A stretch of DNA of 64,000 nt from Eledone cirrhosa (lineage: Eukaryota): positions 229,276,001 to 229,340,000 of the forward strand of contig OZ024743.1 in the NCBI GenBank assembly GCA_964016885.1, read 5' to 3'. This document shows, in pieces, positions 54,746 through 64,000 of this stretch. Numbering within the stretch: position 1 is the first letter of the stretch; each line of letters starts with the position of its first letter. The position numbers and the translations under genes were made by a program. The notes beneath the pieces are model-generated. The model had not been told where the DNA came from. It saw nothing but the letters and a program-made list of their open reading frames with translations, and did no database searches.

Positions 54746-55356
54746 GTTTGATGTCTTTCCATCTGCCTATGTATGTATCGATTTTTCTTCGAAATATTCC
54801 GTAAATCTTTCTAGATAACCATCTATCTATAGCTATTCGCCCGTCTATGCATCTATATATCACTTTTATATACACTCGGATACCCGGGAAATCTTTCAAT
54901 CCATCCGTATCTACGTCACCATATCTATCTAGCTCCCTTCCTTCTTTCTCTATCTCTAAATTTACACACACACACAATACATGCATATACACACACACAC
55001 ACACACACGCATATGTATATATCTCACCAATTTTCCTCTCCTACCATCCCGCCAACCGCATCTATCCTTTCGAAACTTACCGTCTGTCCGTCCACCCATC
55101 CACGCCTCAGTCTAAGTAGTAATTTATCCATTCATCCAATCGCCTATCTATAATCGCTTCTATCCCCTACCCCATCTTGCACTATATACATCACCCCAGC
55201 CTCTTCTTTTTCCACTCATCTATAACAATCTATCCATTCATTCAACCATCCTTCCATTTCCCCCGGAGACTTACAGAATGAATAAATGTATCACCTAAAA
55301 CAACATTCGAAGTATCTTGGTTTTGGAAGAAAACATGGTTAACAACACTATTTGGT

Positions 55357-55555
55357 AATGGTTGCTGATTTAGGCACAAGGCCAGCAATCTTAGGCGGGG
55401 AGGGGGAAAGTCAATTGAATCTTCCACGGTGCGTTACTGGTGGTTTGTTTTATCGACCTGTAAGGGTGAAACGTAAAGCTAACATCGGCTGGATTTGAAC
55501 TCAGAACAAAGTCGTAACTAAATACCAGATTTTGTCAGTCACTCTACCGAGACTG
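55357..55555 (-). mobile_element. SINE family A
   Basis: atggttgctgatttaggcacaaggccagcaat...ttactggtgg...tatcgacc...ggatttgaactcagaac. Confidence 0.8.
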
Positions 55556-55596
55556 ACAAGAATAATGTCAGAAGCTAATATCAGAGAGGAGATGAA

Positions 55597-55709
55597 TATA
55601 TATACACATATATATATATATATACACATCTATATATACACATATATATATATATACATATACATATATATATATACATATATATATACATATATACATA
55701 TATATATAC

Positions 55710-55756
<47 letters not shown>

Positions 55757-55817
55757 CATATATATATACATATATACATATACATATATATATATACGTA
55801 TATCTATACATATATAT

Positions 55818-55866
<49 letters not shown>

Positions 55867-56061
55867 CATATATCTATACCTATACATATACATATATATA
55901 CATACATATATACATATACATATATATATACATATATATATATATACATATACATATACATATATACATATATATACATATATATATACATATATATATA
56001 CATATATATACATCTACATATATATACATATACATATACATATATATATATATAAATACAT

Positions 56062-56106
<45 letters not shown>

Positions 56107-56153
56107 CATATATACATATATATATATATACATATATATATATACATATATAC

Positions 56154-56184
<31 letters not shown>

Positions 56185-56316
56185 CATATATACATAAATA
56201 TATATATATACATATATATATACATACATATATATATACATACATATATACAAATATATATATATACATACATATATAATTATATACATACATACATATA
56301 TACATATATATATATA

Positions 56317-56348
<32 letters not shown>

Positions 56349-56530
56349 CATACATATATACATATATACATATATATACATACATATATACATATATACA
56401 AATACATATACATATATATATACAAATACATATACATATATATATACATATATACAAATACATATACATATATACATATATATACATACATATATACATA
56501 TATACAAATACATATACATATATATATACA

Positions 56531-56564
<34 letters not shown>

Positions 56565-56671
56565 TACATATATACATATATATATATATATACATATATA
56601 CATATACATATATATATATATATATATATACATACATATATACATATACATATATATATATATATATATAT
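55597..56671. repeat. ~1.1-kb degenerate (TA)n array with ACA variants
   Basis: Directly visible. Confidence 0.95.
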
Positions 56672-57238
56672 GGTGGCTGCCAACTCGTTTTCGAGTATGG
56701 CCACTACTTTATATCCATGTAGGAGAACTACCAATAGCGACTTGAAAACTCTGGTACAAACACTACACCTGTGACAATTATTGACACATAGTGCTGGGCC
56801 CATGGTACCATGTGACGACAAGTGCAGAGAGATCTCCAGATATAAAGCAATGCCTGTGCTGTGAAGCTTTTATAGTGAGCAAAGGCACTGCACAAAGCCA
56901 GTCCCACTCTCTTAACCAAGATGATATTTACCAAAAAGAAGAACAATTCAACATCATTGGATACCATCAGGGTTGCAGGTGTTATATCAGAGTTTTCCTT
57001 CTCCTAGAATTCTGCATTGACAAAGGCTAAGGGGTCATCTCTCCCTGTGATTTTGGATGGCCATTGACTCTTAAGAGCTCCTTTGCCCTTTGACAGGTTT
57101 TGTTTTTAGTCCTGCAGGATGTCCAAAGTCACCCTCCTCACCAAGAAACCTTGGTGGGGTTGCCAGTTTAGTCGCCAACGACCCGACCATGAGACAGGTT
57201 GTACTGGGATACATGTTACCAGTAGCACCAACTGGTGA
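56672..57238 (-). mobile_element. Structured non-coding island in (TA)n, probably derived from an RTE-type LINE 5' UTR
   Basis: Minus strand has agcctttgtcaatgcagaattctaggagaaggaaaactctga, resembling a motif I recall from RTE 5' UTRs; hairpins ctcaccaag/cttggtggg and gtggc..actcg(tttt)cgagt..gccac. Confidence 0.5.
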
Positions 57239-59480
<2,242 letters not shown>

Positions 59481-59482
<2 letters not shown>

Positions 59483-62400
59483 CTTTCCCATTCTTCTCTG
59501 CTAAAATGTACCACTAGAGCTGACTCCAATTATTCCAGCCATCCATCTAATCTACGAAGGTATTTTAGCCTACATATTGTCGTTAATATTATGATGTTCC
59601 CTGCTGTATTAGCGTTAAATTTTCCCTGCTGTATTAGCGATAAATTTTCTAGGGTTTCTCTTAGTTTTTTTCATGACGTTATTATTGTTAATTTTACTGA
59701 TGTAGTATTAACTTATTAACTTGGATATTTACCATGCGGTATTCTAATCCTATTGTATCTCTCTCAGTTATTTACCATGCGACCCTCAGTTCCTACCCCC
59801 CCTCTCTATGCACTTCTTTAAGGCTTACTACCCTGTCTTTAACCTAATTCATTCAATCTGAAAATATTGAAGAGATAAGATACTTTCCCATTCTTCTCTG
59901 CTAAAATGTACCACTAGAGCTGACTCCAATTATTCCAGCCATCCATCTAATCTACGAAGGTATTTTAGCCTACATATTGTCGTTAATATTATGATGTTCC
60001 CTGCTGTATTAGCGTTAAATTTTCCCTGCTGTATTAGCGATAAATTTTCTAGGGTTTCTCTTAGTTTTTTTCATGACGTTATTATTGTTAATTTTACTGA
60101 TGTAGTATTAACTTATTAACTTGGATATTTACCATGCGGTATTCTAATCCTATTGTATCTCTCTCAGTTATTTACCATGCGACCCTCAGTTCCTACCCCC
60201 CCCCCCCCCCTCTCTATGCACTTCTTTAAGGCTTACTACCCTGTCTTTAACCTAATTCATTCAATCTGAAAATATTGAAGAGATAAGATACTTTCCCATT
60301 CTTCTCTGCTAAAATGTACCACTAGAGCTGACTCCAATTATTCCAGCCATCCATCTAATCTACGAAGGTATTTTAGCCTACATATTGTCGTTAATATTAT
60401 GATGTTCCCTGCTGTATTAGCGTTAAATTTTCCCTGCTGTATTAGCGATAAATTTTCTAGGGTTTCTCTTAGTTTTTTTTTTTTTTTCATGACGTTATTA
60501 TTGTTAATTTTACTGATGTAGTATTAACTTATTAACTTGGATATTTACCATGCGGTATTCTAATCCTATTGTATCTCTCTCAGTTTTTTTACCATGCGAC
60601 CCTCAGTTCCTACCCCCCCCCCCTCTCTATGCACTTCTTTAAGGCTTACTACCCTGTCTTTAACCTAATTCATTCAATCTGAAAATATTGAAGAGATAAG
60701 ATACTTTCCCATTCTTCTCTGCTAAAATGTACCACTAGAGCTGACTCCAATTATTCCAGCCATCCATCTAATCTACGAAGGTATTTAAGCCTACATATTG
60801 TCGTTAATATTATGATGTTCCCTGCTGTATTAGCGTTAAATTTTCCCTGCTGTATTAGCGATAAATTTTCTAGGGTTTCTCTTAGTTTTTTTCATGACGT
60901 TATTATTGTTAATTTTACTGATGTAGTATTAACTTATTAACTTGGATATTTACCATGCGGTATTCTAATCCTATTGTATCTCTCTCAGTTATTTACCATG
61001 CGACCCTCAGTTCCTACCCCCCCTCTCTATGCACTTCTTTAAGGCTTACTACCCTGTCTTTAACCTAATTCATTCAATCTGAAAATATTGAAGAGATAAG
61101 ATACTTTCCCATTCTTCTCTGCTAAAATGTACCACTAGAGCTGACTCCAATTATTCCAGCCATCCATCTAATCTACGAAGGTATTTTAGCCTACATATTG
61201 TCGTTAATATTATGATGTTCCCTGCTGTATTAGCGTTAAATTTTCCCTGCTGTATTAGCGATAAATTTTCTAGGGTTTCTCTTAGTTTTTTTCATGACGT
61301 TATTATTGTTAATTTTACTGATGTAGTATTAACTTATTAACTTGGATATTTACCATGCGGTATTCTAATCCTATTGTATCTCTCTCAGTTATTTACCATG
61401 CGACCCTCAGTTCCTACCCCCTCTCTCTATGCACTTCTTTAAGGCTTACTACCCTGTCTTTAACCTAATTCATTCAATCTGAAAATATTGAAGAGATAAG
61501 ATATTTTCCCATTCTTCTCTGCTAAAATGTACCACTAGAGCTGACTCCAATTATTCCAGCCATCCATCTAATCTACGAAGGTATTTTAGCCTACATATTG
61601 TCGTTAATATTATGATGTTCCCTGCTGTATTAGCGTTAAATTTTCCCTGCTGTATTAGCGATAAATTTTCTAGGGTTTCTCTTAGTTTTTTTCATGACGT
61701 TATTATTGTTAATTTTACTGATGTAGTATTAACTTATTAACTTGGATATTTACCATGCGGTATTCTAATCCTATTGTATCTCTCTCAGTTATTTACCATG
61801 CGACCCTCAGTTCCTACCCCCCCTCTCTATGCACTTCTTTAAGGCTTACTACCCTGTCTTTAACCTAATTCATTCAATCTGAAAATATTGAAGAGATAAG
61901 ATACTTTCCCATTCTTCTCTGCTAAAATGTACCACTAGAGCTGACTCCAATTATTCCAGCCATCCATCTAATCTACGAAGGTATTTTAGCCTACATATTG
62001 TCGTTAATATTATGATGTTCCCTGCTGTATTAGCATTAAATTTTCCCTGCTGTATTAGCGATAAATTTTCTAGGGTTTCTCTTAGTTTTTTTTCATGACG
62101 TTATTATTGTTAATTTTACTGATGTAGTATTAACTTATTAACTTGGATATTTACCATGCGGTATTCTAATCCTATTGTATCTCTCTCAGTTTTTTACCAT
62201 GCGACCCTCAGTTCCTACCCCCCCCCTCTCTATGCACTTCTTTAAGGCTTACTACCCTGTCTTTAATCTAATTCATTCAATCTGAAAATATTGAAGAGAT
62301 AAGATACTTTCCCATTCTTCTCTGCTAAAATGTACCACTAGAGCTGACTCCAATTATTCCAGCCATCCATCTAATCTACGAAGGTATTTAAGCCTACATA

Positions 62401-64000
62401 TTGTCGTTAATATTATGATGTTCCCTGCTGTATTAGCGTTAAATTTTCCCTGCTGTATTAGCGATAAATTTTCTAGGGTTTCTCTTAGTTTTTTTCATGA
62501 CGTTATTATTGTTAATTTTACTGATGTAGTATTAACTTATTAACTTGGATATTTACCATGCGGTATTCTAATCCTATTGTATCTCTCTCAGTTATTTACC
62601 ATGCGACCCTCAGTTCCTACCCCCCCTCTCTATGCACTTCTTTAAGGCTTACTACCCTGTCTTTAAGCTAATTCATTCAATCTGAAAATATTGAAGAGAT
62701 AAGATACTTTCCCATTCTTCTCTGCTAAAATGTACCACTAGAGCTGACTCCAATTATTCCAGCCATCCATCTAATCTACGAAGGTATTTTAGCCTACATA
62801 TTGTCGTTAATATTATGATGTTCCCTGCTGTATTAGCGTTAAATTTTCCCTGCTGTATTAGCGATAAATTTTCTAGGGTTTCTCTTAGTTTTTTTCATGA
62901 CGTTATTATTGTTAATTTTACTGATGTAGTATTTACTTATTAACTTGGATATTTACCATGCGGTATTATAATCCTATTGTATCTCTCTCAGTTATTTACC
63001 ATGCGACCCTCAGTTCCTACCCCCCCTCTCTATGCACTTCTTTAAGGCTTACTACCCTGTCTTTAACCTAATTCATTCAATCTGAAAATATTGAAGAGAT
63101 AAGATACTTTCCCATTCTTCTCTGCTAAAATGTACCACTAGAGCTGACTCCAATTATTCCAGCCATCCATCTAATCTACGAAGGTATTTTAGCCTACATA
63201 TTGTCGTTAATATTATGATGTTCCCTGCTGTATTAGCGTTAAATTTTCCCTGCTGTATTAGCGATAAATTTTCTAGGGTTTCTCTTAGTTTTTTTCATGA
63301 CGTTATTATTGTTAATTTTACTGATGTAGTATTAACTTATTAACTTGGATATTTACCATGCGGTATTCTAATCCTATTGTATCTCTCTCAGTTATTTACC
63401 ATGCGACCCTCAGTTCCTACCCCCCCTCTCTATGCACTTCTTTAAGGCTTACTACCCTGTCTTTAACCTAATTCATTCAATCTGAAAATATTGAAGAGAT
63501 AAGATACTTTCCCATTCTTCTCTGCTAAAATGTACCACTAGAGCTGACTCCAATTATTCCAGCCATCCATCTAATCTACGAAGGTATTTTAGCCTACATA
63601 TTGTCGTTAATATTATGATGTTCCCTGCTGTATTAGCGTTACATTTTCTCTGCTGTATTAGCGATAAATTTTCTAGGGTTTCTCTTAGTTTTTTTTCATG
63701 ACGTTATTATTGTTAATTTTACTGATGTAGTATTAACTTATTAACTTGGATATTTACCATGCGGTATTCTAATTCTATTGTATCTCTCTCAGTTTTTTAC
63801 CATGCGACCCTCAGTTCCTACCCCCCCCCCCCCTCTCTATGCACTTCTTTAAGGCTTACTACCCTGTCTTTAACCTAATTCATTCAATCTGAAAATATTG
63901 AAGAGATAAGATACTTTCCCATTCTTCTCTGCTAAAATGTACCACTAGAGCTGACTCCAATTATTCCAGCCATCCATCTAATCTACGAAGGTATTTAAGC
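59481..64000. repeat. ~400-bp tandem satellite, 11 full units plus one partial, running off the window end
   Basis: Unit starts (tactttccca or one-base variant) at 59481, 59881, 60289, 60702, 61102, 61502, 61902, 62305, 62705, 63105, 63505, 63912. Units are nearly identical apart from homopolymer length and a few substitutions. Confidence 0.98.

Noticed and set aside
59640-59675. aattttctag plus hairpin plus T run in the satellite monomer, resembling an Sm site and Pol III terminator
   Set aside because: No recognisable snRNA, SL RNA or promoter elements; the hairpin is weak.

Overview
AT-rich eukaryotic non-coding DNA. I found no convincing host protein-coding gene, and most long ORFs in the track are translated microsatellites. 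The recurring tRNA-headed SINE families resemble those I recall from octopod cephalopods (inference, not a database result). Contents: about 25 SINE copies from three families; piggyBac-like TTAA MITEs; kilobase degenerate (TA)n arrays; RTE and CRE non-LTR retrotransposon fragments; at least three Penelope-like element (PLE) remnants; and a ~400-bp satellite with a 4-monomer higher-order period from 59481 to the window end. The most notable signal is a set of six type I hammerhead ribozyme motifs from four unrelated sequence contexts (16.3, 16.9, 21.1, 27.8, 28.7, 38.2 kb), mostly in elements sitting in or against (TA)n arrays. The motif at 16879-17007 has an intact core, a palindromic stem III, a ~97-nt branched stem II and a predicted pseudoknot. 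All folds and alignments were made by eye, and mobile-element boundaries are approximate.
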